Assembly: GCA_964460435.1 (NCBI GenBank)
Contig: CAYWRH010000006.1
Location: 192 to 64,191, forward strand
Source of the DNA: an uncultured Desulfatiglans sp.
GTDB lineage: Bacteria > Desulfobacterota > DSM-4660 > Desulfatiglandales > HGW-15
Length of the DNA: 64,000 nucleotides
Direction of reading: 5' to 3'
This document shows, in pieces, positions 38,958 to 47,191 of the stretch. Under the pieces are notes generated by a model. The model was not told the DNA's origin. It saw only the letters and a list, made by a program, of their open reading frames with translations, and ran no database searches. Within the stretch, counting starts at the first letter, position 1. Every line of letters begins with the position of its first letter. A program made the translations under genes and the position numbers.

Positions 38958-39025
38958 GGCACAGGGCGCAGGGCACAAGGCGCAAGGAAAAGCCTTTACC
39001 GTGTGCTTTTCGCCCCGCGCCCTGC
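38958..39025. repeat. GC-rich heptamer-built palindromic (REP-like) element, copy B (degenerate right arm)
   Basis: cacaggg cgcaggg cacaagg cgcaagg plus core aaaagcctttacc. The right arm gtgtgcttttcgccccgcgccctgc pairs only partly. Lies in the btuD-exbB spacer. Confidence 0.75.
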
Positions 39026-39034
39026 ATCCAGTTT

Positions 39035-39811
39035 TTATCTCACACTCACCCTGGGCCTGCCTGATAAGGGGTTCTGATCCACCAGCACAGGACATTCATA
39101 AACATCTTCAATATTGGCAGATGTTATAACGCTCTCAGGGGCACCGCTTTTATATACAGAGCCGTGCTTTAACAGGATGATCCTGTTGCAGTACTGGGAG
39201 ACAAGGTCAATATCATGCGAGACAATAACCACTGCCAGCCCCTTTTCTCTGCTCAGGGATGAGACAAGCCTGAATATCTCCCTCTTGAATTTAAGATCAA
39301 GAAAGGACGTTGGTTCATCCAGAAGCATTATCCTTGGTTCCTGTGCAAGGGCCCTTGAAATAAGCACCCTTTGTCTTTCACCGCCTGAAAGCTCATGTAT
39401 TGACCTCTCTGCAAATTCACTTGCATGGGTTGCCATCAATGCATCCATCGCAACAGCAAGATCATTTTTGTTCTCAAACTGCATGGCCTTGAGATGCGGA
39501 AATCTGCCCATCATAACAACCTCAATACATGAGAAGCTGAATCTGAAATGGTGTTCCTGTGAAACCATTGCCACCTCACGCGCAAGCTCTTTTCTGTTTA
39601 AACGGCAATAGGGCCTTCCATTAATCTCTATCTCACCCCTTTGAGGCGTCAGCACCCCATCCATTAACCTTAACAGTGTGCTTTTGCCTGAACCGTTAGG
39701 CCCAAGTATTCCAATGATCTCACCAGGGTAAACATCAAGGCAGACATTATCAATCACCTGTTTGTCCCCATATCTGAAGCCTATATTACTGATTTTCAGG
39801 ATCGGCTCCAT
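39035..39811 (-). CDS. btuD: ABC transporter ATP-binding protein, corrinoid/siderophore (BtuD/FecE) type
   Basis: Walker A GPNGSGKST, signature LSGGERQR and Walker B MLLDEP. Lies downstream of the FecCD-type permease. Confidence 0.8.
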   Translation of the reverse strand: MEPILKISNIGFRYGDKQVIDNVCLDVYPGEIIGILGPNGSGKSTLLRLMDGVLTPQRGEIEINGRPYCRLNRKELAREVAMVSQEHHFRFSFSCIEVVMMGRFPHLKAMQFENKNDLAVAMDALMATHASEFAERSIHELSGGERQRVLISRALAQEPRIMLLDEPTSFLDLKFKREIFRLVSSLSREKGLAVVIVSHDIDLVSQYCNRIILLKHGSVYKSGAPESVITSANIEDVYECPVLVDQNPLSGRPRVSVR

Positions 39812-40833
39812 TGGCTTCCCCTTTTTCTTAAAAGAATCAAAAAGAAAGGCGCCCCTAAAAAGGCGGTTATAACGCCCACAGGTAGTTCACTCGGAGATAT
39901 GATTATGCGGGCAAGTGTATCTGCTGCAATAAGAAAGATTGCCCCTCCGATTGATGCAACAGGTATAAGAATACGGTGATCTGACCTGAATGCCATTCTG
40001 GCAAGGTGCGGCACAATAAGCCCTACAAAACCTATCAGGCCAGAAAAGGCCACAACAAGACCCATTATCAGTGATATTATCAGGAGCCCCACCTTCTTGG
40101 TCCTTTCAACATTCACGCCAAGCTGTGATGCTATCTCATCACCCGTTGTTATGATGTTTAGATGTTTTGCATGGCCAAAGATTATTAGCGAAGCAAGCAG
40201 TAAAAACGGGGCAATAATAAAAAGCTGGGTGTACTGGCTCTGACTCAGATCACCATAGAGCCAGAAAAGCATTGTGTGGAGACGATCATTGGCAGAGGTT
40301 GATATGAAAAACATGATTATGGCAGTAAAAAAGGCATTAACAATCACCCCGGTAAGGAGTATGGTTGATGACTCCATGCCCATCTTTCTTGAGCCCAGGG
40401 ACATTACAAGATATATAGTCAAAAGCGCGCCAAAAAAAGCCATAACCGGGACACCGAGGCTGAAACTCAAACCAAAGGTGATGGCAAGGACTGCGCCAAA
40501 GGCAGAGCCGCTAGATACGCCAAGCACAAAGGGGTCAGCTAGGGGGTTGCGCAATATGGCCTGAAAGGTGACACCGCCCAGTGAAAGGGCAAAGCCCACA
40601 AGCCCTGCGAGTATTATCCTTGGCAGCCTTATCCTGAATATGATCAGCCTGACCGGGTCATCCTGTGTAACCGCACCGGTGATTAGGCCTGTCACCTGTT
40701 TCAATGTCACATCAGCAGTTCCAAGCACAAGGGAAAGCACAATAACCGCAACAAGAACAATGCTCATTATTACAGTCACAGAGATGACCTTTCCAGGTGT
40801 GAGCATGCCTTTTATTTTGAGTTCTTTATTCAT
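39796..40833 (-). CDS. btuC: FecCD-family ABC permease (BtuC-like)
   Basis: 345 aa and polytopic. FecCD family pattern (RLPRIILAGLVG..., GLIVPHLAR). Confidence 0.8.
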   Translation of the reverse strand: MNKELKIKGMLTPGKVISVTVIMSIVLVAVIVLSLVLGTADVTLKQVTGLITGAVTQDDPVRLIIFRIRLPRIILAGLVGFALSLGGVTFQAILRNPLADPFVLGVSSGSAFGAVLAITFGLSFSLGVPVMAFFGALLTIYLVMSLGSRKMGMESSTILLTGVIVNAFFTAIIMFFISTSANDRLHTMLFWLYGDLSQSQYTQLFIIAPFLLLASLIIFGHAKHLNIITTGDEIASQLGVNVERTKKVGLLIISLIMGLVVAFSGLIGFVGLIVPHLARMAFRSDHRILIPVASIGGAIFLIAADTLARIIISPSELPVGVITAFLGAPFFLILLRKRGSQWSRS

Positions 40834-40857
40834 AAAATTGATTCAGTATGGAAATAT

Positions 40858-40878
40858 TCCAAATTTCAAATTTTAAAT
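40858..40878. repeat. AT-rich tandem heptamers (tccaaat ttcaaat tttaaat)
   Basis: Three consecutive 7-nt units in the btuF-btuC spacer. Related to the array at 34684-34704. Confidence 0.65.
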
Positions 40879-40879
40879 T

Positions 40880-41785
40880 TTATTTATTCTGTTTATTGGC
40901 CTTATCCCAGTCCACCTCGGGATGTATCATCCTTGCCATTGCCTCTATACCATCCAGTATCCTTGGCGATGGCCTGTCTATAAGATCAGAATCAATTAGA
41001 TAGACCCGCCCATTTTTTGCAGCAGGTATAGAAGTCCATTTGAGCCACTCCTGCCTTGCCTTTTCAAACTCCCCTCCCCTGTCCATTGAAGAGATGATAA
41101 GCACATCAGGCTTGCGCCTGATCAGCTCCTCAATACTGATCCTTGGATAATTTATAGCTGAATCAGCAGTCATATTTGTGCCGCCGGCAATTGATATAAT
41201 ATCCTGATGAAAGGTGTTTTTATTCACACTCATAATGGGATGCAGGTTGATCTGCAAAAAAACAAGCGGCTTTTCCTTTTGACTTAGCGCATTTTTAATC
41301 CGGTCAAGCCTTTTTTCAAGGCCTGCTGCAAGCTCGTTGGCCTTTTCTTCCACACCGCACAGGCTGCCTACTATCCGGACAGTCTCAATAACCTCAACAA
41401 CATTTCTGGGATTGACAATATATGTGGATATCTTTGCCTGCTCAAGCATATCCACAATACCGGGGTTATTGCCATCCTTTGTGCCTATAACCAGATCAGG
41501 TTTAAGGGTTATTATTCTCTCAATATTGAGATCATGGTAACCCCCTACCTGGGGCTTATTGAGGGCCTCAGGGGGATAATAGCTGTATGTCGTTACACCG
41601 GCAACCCTGTCGCCAAGACCCAGATAATATAATATCTCTGTAAGGCTGGGGGCAAGCGGTATAATGCGGACAGGGGTATGTTCAATGACTACCTCTCTGT
41701 CAACTGCATCCTTAAAGCTCCTGCCATATAAAGGGGCTGTTACTGAGCAGACAATCAATATGAAAAAAATAATAGAATATCTCAT
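40880..41785 (-). CDS. btuF: periplasmic corrinoid-binding protein (BtuF-like, class III PBP)
   Basis: 301 aa. Has a signal peptide and the Peripla_BP_2-type pattern (RIIPLAPSLTEILYYLGLGDRVAGVT). Confidence 0.75.
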   Translation of the reverse strand: MRYSIIFFILIVCSVTAPLYGRSFKDAVDREVVIEHTPVRIIPLAPSLTEILYYLGLGDRVAGVTTYSYYPPEALNKPQVGGYHDLNIERIITLKPDLVIGTKDGNNPGIVDMLEQAKISTYIVNPRNVVEVIETVRIVGSLCGVEEKANELAAGLEKRLDRIKNALSQKEKPLVFLQINLHPIMSVNKNTFHQDIISIAGGTNMTADSAINYPRISIEELIRRKPDVLIISSMDRGGEFEKARQEWLKWTSIPAAKNGRVYLIDSDLIDRPSPRILDGIEAMARMIHPEVDWDKANKQNK

Positions 41786-43824
41786 TAATCTGTTGTCCCC
41801 TTATTGCATATACCCGTGATGAGGGTATCCAATGCCAGTTTTATCACCGGTGAGATATTATCATCTGCCGTATAATTTTCAATTTCTGGTAATTCATTGC
41901 CTGCAATATCGCTCGCCAGTGTGATGCACCATTTTCTGAACTGGGTCAGATCTTTTAACATACCTCTTTCAAAATCATCACTGATACTAAAGGAAGATGC
42001 GATAAAAGCCGCATACTCTGGTTCAAGCAGCAGTTTCTCAAGTCTGTTTGCTAGTTCTCTTTTTTCCATCGGGTAATTCCTGTCAGATAACATCTCCTCA
42101 CCAATATCTATCCTTCTCTCTGATAGCCTTGCGAATATATCCCTTCCTGCCGTTATCCCGTTCTGTTTATATATGGCCTCTTTGACGCCCCTGTTTATCG
42201 CCCTTGCTACAAGTTCTCCAAGCTTTGTGTGGCCGCCAGTCACATCAAGTATCTTTTCGCCTGAACCCTGAACAACAATAATATTGTCAGTCCCAGTGCC
42301 TGTGGCCTGAAATGCTGGGCTGTAGCTGCTCCTTATATCCAGATCCTGAAGCGCAGCGCTCTTTGCCTCCGTAGCAGTTATTATAACGCCTGCCATTGCC
42401 CTTTCAGTAAGTTTCATGCCGGGAAGCAGCAGGATATTTATTGTTCCAGGCTCATAATAGCCGCCTTCATCTACTGACATCCTCATGGCATTGGATTTTA
42501 CGCCAGCTGTTACAACCGCATATACAGACATATCTCGGTAGCTTTCTCTTACAATGGCTACATTATCCACATCTGCGCCGGTAAGTAAAAAGCTGGTTTC
42601 ATCTCCGGATTTTTTAAGCACACTTAAAACCTTTTCTCTCATGCCTTGAAGACCATCATTATCCGCCACACTCCAGCATGAAAGCGGGGCGTAATGATTT
42701 CCAACTGTCTTTATATTCGACCTCATCCCTTCAAGGGTAGAGAGTACATTTATAGGCGTCCTGAATTCAATAATCAATGATTTATTAGTAAAATCATATA
42801 GATTACTTGTATCAATCCTGAGATCATTCACATAGCTCAAATCGATCTCTAATTTTTTTGAATTAATAACCTTTTCAGGAAGAATAAAGTTCTCTTTCTT
42901 TGCATATTCCTCCCTGTATATATCAGCAGAGAGCCATTCTATAAAATAGCCTGTATTTGTTGATACACGGCTTGTAAGATCAGATGGATAGAAATGCACA
43001 TTATAATTTTTTATTGCCTCCACATCCCTTAATTCAGGGTCTGACAGTATCTTGTTTATTAATCCTCTATCGTTATCGCTGCCATATATTATATGGGGAT
43101 TAAACCTTATTAACTCCTTTTTATCAATTGGTACATAACTTCCCTCCCTGCCGATAGTAAGCGGGATACCTCCTGCCAGGGTGATAAACTCCCTCTGGAT
43201 TGAATTATCGCCTGGTATCATGAGGGTTTTATTGCCAAGGATACACAATACCCTCTTTCTTTTGCCCGGATAGATAAGCTCTGTCTTCTTTTTAATCTTC
43301 TCAATATATTTTTTGTTTTCATTGATTATGCCTTCAGCCTCAATTTTCCTGCTGAAGATCTCACCCATAAGCCTTATCTGCCTGAAACTCTCTTCAATAC
43401 TTGTATTCTCAAGGTTGATAAGTATGGCCCTGCTTTTGCCAAATCGTTCTAAAACACCCTTCTGTGTATTACTGTAAAAAATAAGATCAGGGTTAAGTTC
43501 AGCCAGGCGATCAAGATCAGGATTGTTAAAGGTGCCTGCAGTTGGTTTCAGTGCAGCTTCTGGAGGATAATTTTTAGGAATAGTAACAGCCTTGAGTTTA
43601 TCCCCTGCACCGATCCTTAAAATTATCTCTGTAATGGAAGGGTCAAGGGATACAACTGATAAGGGCTCTTTATTTATAGAAATATCCCGGCCTCTGCTAT
43701 CCCGGAAATTAACGGGATAGCAGTGACCTGTCTTAAGGGAGGCAGTGATTACAAGCAGAACTATTGCCAGGCAAACAATATATTTCTGCTGTACCGGGAT
43801 ATTTAAGACATCTTTAGAAGTCAT
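41785..43824 (-). CDS. cbiZ: fusion protein: signal-anchor + class III periplasmic binding domain + adenosylcobinamide amidohydrolase (CbiZ) domain + C-terminal extension
   Basis: 679 aa. The N-terminus has a hydrophobic anchor (YIVCLAIVLLVITASL). The PBP domain contains VVSLDPSITEIILRIGAGDKLKAVT. The CbiZ-type segment contains VVTAGVKSNAM...GTINILL...IITATEAKSAAL...ATGTGTDNI...GHTKLGEL. Confidence 0.7.
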   Translation of the reverse strand: MTSKDVLNIPVQQKYIVCLAIVLLVITASLKTGHCYPVNFRDSRGRDISINKEPLSVVSLDPSITEIILRIGAGDKLKAVTIPKNYPPEAALKPTAGTFNNPDLDRLAELNPDLIFYSNTQKGVLERFGKSRAILINLENTSIEESFRQIRLMGEIFSRKIEAEGIINENKKYIEKIKKKTELIYPGKRKRVLCILGNKTLMIPGDNSIQREFITLAGGIPLTIGREGSYVPIDKKELIRFNPHIIYGSDNDRGLINKILSDPELRDVEAIKNYNVHFYPSDLTSRVSTNTGYFIEWLSADIYREEYAKKENFILPEKVINSKKLEIDLSYVNDLRIDTSNLYDFTNKSLIIEFRTPINVLSTLEGMRSNIKTVGNHYAPLSCWSVADNDGLQGMREKVLSVLKKSGDETSFLLTGADVDNVAIVRESYRDMSVYAVVTAGVKSNAMRMSVDEGGYYEPGTINILLLPGMKLTERAMAGVIITATEAKSAALQDLDIRSSYSPAFQATGTGTDNIIVVQGSGEKILDVTGGHTKLGELVARAINRGVKEAIYKQNGITAGRDIFARLSERRIDIGEEMLSDRNYPMEKRELANRLEKLLLEPEYAAFIASSFSISDDFERGMLKDLTQFRKWCITLASDIAGNELPEIENYTADDNISPVIKLALDTLITGICNKGTTD

Positions 43825-45871
43825 AGGCTATGCTTAAAAAGACTGATCTGCCTGCTCCTGGGTAATAACCCATTGAAGTTACAGAGGTTGACTGATTCCT
43901 GAAACTCTCAGTGTATGTATCATATTCCTCATCAAACAGGTTCGACAGGTTCAATGCAACTCTATAGTTATCATAAAAACGCTGATTGATATTGACATCA
44001 ACAGTATAGTAGGAATCAAGCATAACATCAGGGCGCACATCTGTATCAAGGGCATATGAGCCGGGCCTCTTACCGGTATACCTCAGTGCTGCCGAAATAC
44101 CAAAACCCTTTTCATTAAAGTAATTTGCCGCCAGCTTAAGGTAATCATCAGCAGTATAACGCGCCTGTCTTGTTACGCCACCAACCTGCTCCTCTTTGGC
44201 ATCAGAATAGGTATAATTAAGATTCAGGGCAACACTTTCGGTTACAGCATAATTTACCCCTGCCTCATAACCTTCACCTGTAAATTTATCCAGGTTCTGA
44301 GGTGTGTAAAAATAGTTGATATCAGGCACCCATCTGATCTTGTCATTAATGTCCCACTTATAATATGTCAGGTTAAAGGAGAGCCTGTTATCAAGAAAAC
44401 CCTGCTCAATTCCTGCATCCATATGTTTGCCCGTCTCAGGGCGCAGATTGATATTTCCCTGAGCACCCATGCCCCAGCCCCAGTCTTCATAGGGCCAGAA
44501 GAGGTCATTAGGGGTTGGTGCATTATAATGTTTGCCATAATTCATCTTTATTGCTGTAGCCGTGTATGGAGTAATAATAACACCATAGCGAGGAACATAT
44601 TTTCTTCCGAATTCTGAATGGTCGGTAAGCCTTAAACCTGCAATCATCTTGAAATATCTGCATGGTTTGTACTGCCCTTCACCATAATATCCCTTTGTAT
44701 CAAGGTGCGCACTTGCGCCCGCAGCGACTCCTGAAGCAGCCCCTGTTTCATCAATATTTAATGTTCTGTTTTCCCAGTCATATCTTTTAAATTCAGCCCC
44801 TAAGAGAAATTTCAGATCACGAACAGGTTGAATGTCTGTATTGGCCTCCAGCGTAAAGACATTATTGGTAACCCATGTTTCACTTCCCGGAATGCCCTCA
44901 ACAGGGTATGAACTGTAATAACGGTTATAGTTATAATTTTCCATATCAAGATAGCTGGCTTTAAAATTAATACCGGCCTTCTCAAATTGCCTGTTTTTAA
45001 TGCTTAAAACAGCAGACATATTCTCATCGCCCTGTCTGTTAAGCAAATTTGAGGCCTCGTTATCGTAGAGCTTTGTAGTGCCAACATAAAAATCTGTTGT
45101 TCCTGCTGGGGGCCTGACACCGGGTCTCCCCATTTCACGATCAACATAATCGGCATAAAGGCTAACATCAAGCAAATCATTCCTTTCATATACAAGATTC
45201 AGACTGACATCTTTATGGTCCAAATCAGAATTACTCCTGAAACCATCACTCTCCTGTTTTCCTGCAGTAAGATAATACCCGAAGTTCTCAGAAATAAACA
45301 TGCCATTCTCGGCAGATAATTCCAGGGTGCTGTTTGTCCCGTAGCCGGCCTTTGCATTAAGGGCTAATCTATCTTTTTCAGGCCTTTTGGTTATTATATT
45401 TACGATACCGCCCATTGCGCTTGTGCCATAAAGCAGAGAACCTGCCCCCTTAACCACCTCTACCCTTTCTATATTATTCATAGGAAGACCATTCAGGTTG
45501 GCGCTTCCAAGTGACGGGGAGTTTACAACAACACCATTAACAAGCACCTGAGTGCCGTCCGCTCCCATGCCCCTTATGTGTATCTCCTCTGTTGCTCCGC
45601 CATAATCACCCCGTGTTCTTAGATCAATACCCTGTTCATTGGAAAGAAGCTGACCCAATGTTTTTGCCCCGGTATCCTCTATGTCAATAGAGTCCTTTAC
45701 GATTACTGAGTTGGGCACCTCCTTGATCTCTTCCTCTGTCTTTGTTGCTGTGACAACCACCTCATTCATCCTTTTAGGGCTTGACTGTTTTAAATCTTTT
45801 TCCTGGCTGAAACCGTCCGCGGTTAAGCCAAGGGCTAAAATACATACCAAGGGAATAATTCTCTTTGCCAT
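43814..45871 (-). CDS. btuB: TonB-dependent outer-membrane cobalamin receptor
   Basis: TonB box EVVVTATK, a plug and 22-strand barrel, and a terminal aromatic residue (SIAYDF). The ATG at 45871 (MAKRIIPL) has a GGAGA SD. Lies directly behind a cobalamin riboswitch. Confidence 0.88.
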   Translation of the reverse strand: MAKRIIPLVCILALGLTADGFSQEKDLKQSSPKRMNEVVVTATKTEEEIKEVPNSVIVKDSIDIEDTGAKTLGQLLSNEQGIDLRTRGDYGGATEEIHIRGMGADGTQVLVNGVVVNSPSLGSANLNGLPMNNIERVEVVKGAGSLLYGTSAMGGIVNIITKRPEKDRLALNAKAGYGTNSTLELSAENGMFISENFGYYLTAGKQESDGFRSNSDLDHKDVSLNLVYERNDLLDVSLYADYVDREMGRPGVRPPAGTTDFYVGTTKLYDNEASNLLNRQGDENMSAVLSIKNRQFEKAGINFKASYLDMENYNYNRYYSSYPVEGIPGSETWVTNNVFTLEANTDIQPVRDLKFLLGAEFKRYDWENRTLNIDETGAASGVAAGASAHLDTKGYYGEGQYKPCRYFKMIAGLRLTDHSEFGRKYVPRYGVIITPYTATAIKMNYGKHYNAPTPNDLFWPYEDWGWGMGAQGNINLRPETGKHMDAGIEQGFLDNRLSFNLTYYKWDINDKIRWVPDINYFYTPQNLDKFTGEGYEAGVNYAVTESVALNLNYTYSDAKEEQVGGVTRQARYTADDYLKLAANYFNEKGFGISAALRYTGKRPGSYALDTDVRPDVMLDSYYTVDVNINQRFYDNYRVALNLSNLFDEEYDTYTESFRNQSTSVTSMGYYPGAGRSVFLSIAYDF

Positions 45872-45907
45872 TTTCGTCTCCATCAACATCAAAAGAAATT
45901 CATAATC

Positions 45908-45946
45908 AAAAAAAATCCCCGGATCGAATTTAATCGATCCGGGGAT
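45908..45946 (-). terminator. intrinsic terminator forming the riboswitch expression platform
   Basis: A 12-bp perfect stem (tccccggatcga 45916-45927 with tcgatccgggga 45934-45945). On the minus strand it is followed by T8 (45908-45915), just upstream of btuB. Confidence 0.75.
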
Positions 45947-45974
45947 TACCCTTTTTTATCCTCTAGATCAGTAA

Positions 45975-46185
45975 TGTAATGCCATATTCCGCGATGGCCA
46001 ATACCTGATTCCGGCAGGTCTTCTGACTTCCCCTCCTGCTTAACGGCCTTCCCATCATCTGACAGTGGCATTAAAAAGGTTAAACAGGTTCTCTTTTCAA
46101 AAGGAAAAGAGAGGGGTTACAGCGGCGGGTCCGTTCCCGACTTTAACGGGATTCCCTTGAAAGCTCATTAAGAGCACCGAAATTA
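45975..46185 (-). promoter_or_regulatory. cobalamin (adenosylcobalamin/B12) riboswitch aptamer
   Basis: The minus strand reads ggtgc...aagggaatcccgttaaagtcgggaacggacccgccgctgtaacccc. The B12 box agtcagaagacctgcc is at 46013-46028. Confidence 0.9.
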
Positions 46186-46192
46186 TGCGCAT

Positions 46193-46221
46193 TATTTATG
46201 AAATAAAAAACAAGTAGTCAA
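46193..46221 (-). promoter_or_regulatory. candidate sigma-70 promoter driving the riboswitch-btuB operon
   Basis: Minus strand reads TTGACT (46221-46216), a 17-nt spacer, then TAAATA (46198-46193), immediately 5' of the aptamer. Confidence 0.45.
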
Positions 46222-46269
46222 GATAAAAATTGTCTATTAAACCACTCAACATCAAAATAATGGATACCA

Positions 46270-47154
46270 TCAGATCTTCCTGACAGCATTTGCTATCAAC
46301 CTGATATGCTCGCTGTTGGTTCCGCAGCAACCGCCTATAATGTTTGCCCCGGCCTTAACAAGTTCAGGTGCCTTTTGAGCCATCTGTTCAGGCCTTTCCC
46401 TGAAAATGGTTTCTCCATCCCTGTATATTGGAAGACCCGCATTGGCCTGTACAAGGATCGGGGTTTTATCATGATGTTCTCTGATTATCCTTACAATATC
46501 AATCATGCCATCTATGCCGTTACCGCAGTTTGAGCCTATTATATCTGCCCCTGCATCCACTGCTGTTTTCATAGCATTATAAACAGAAAGACCCATCATT
46601 GTGTGGAAATCTCCTGATGGCGATTTATTAAAAACAAATGTACAGGCAACTTCACACCCTGTTGATGACTTTGCTGCCTTTATTGCTAGGCGCGCTTCAA
46701 CAGGATCAGAGATAGTCTCTATACAGATAGCATCAACACCCCCCTCTGCCAGGGCCTCTGCCTGCATACAGTAACCTTCATACACCTCCTCTTCAGACAC
46801 ATCTCCCATGCACAGCATCAGGCCTGTAGGCCCCATTGACCCAAAGACAAAATGGGTATCACCCGCTGCCTCCCTTGATATCATGGCCGCAGCCCTGTTC
46901 AGCTCTTTGGTCCTTGCTTCTAGACTATAATTTTTAAGCTTAACAGGATTGGCGCCAAAGCTGTTGGTCAAAATGATATCAGAGCCGGCATCTAAATAAC
47001 CCTTTGCGATTGCATAGACATCATCACGGTGGGTCAGATTCCAGTATTCAGGGCATTCCCCCGGCTTCAGCCCGCGTTTATGAAGCTCAGTGCCGCATGC
47101 CCCGTCTGAAATCAGGATACGGCCTTTCTTAATCTCGGAAACAGCCGATTTCAT
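46270..47154 (-). CDS. stand-alone homocysteine S-methyltransferase (MetH N-terminal Hcy-binding) domain protein
   Basis: LISDGACGTEL N-terminus and zinc-ligand Cys motifs GSNCG and GGCCGT. ATG at 47154 with a GGAGA SD; the ORF track starts at a TTG at 47199. Confidence 0.75.
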   Translation of the reverse strand: MKSAVSEIKKGRILISDGACGTELHKRGLKPGECPEYWNLTHRDDVYAIAKGYLDAGSDIILTNSFGANPVKLKNYSLEARTKELNRAAAMISREAAGDTHFVFGSMGPTGLMLCMGDVSEEEVYEGYCMQAEALAEGGVDAICIETISDPVEARLAIKAAKSSTGCEVACTFVFNKSPSGDFHTMMGLSVYNAMKTAVDAGADIIGSNCGNGIDGMIDIVRIIREHHDKTPILVQANAGLPIYRDGETIFRERPEQMAQKAPELVKAGANIIGGCCGTNSEHIRLIANAVRKI

Positions 47155-47191
47155 ATTTTTGTCTCCATCTATTTTTAAGGTTGGCTTTACT

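Noticed and set aside
37124-39025. GC-rich heptamer repeats as a mini CRISPR array or tandem satellite
   Set aside because: There are only two copies 1.8 kb apart. Each is an internally palindromic hairpin rather than a repeat-spacer unit.
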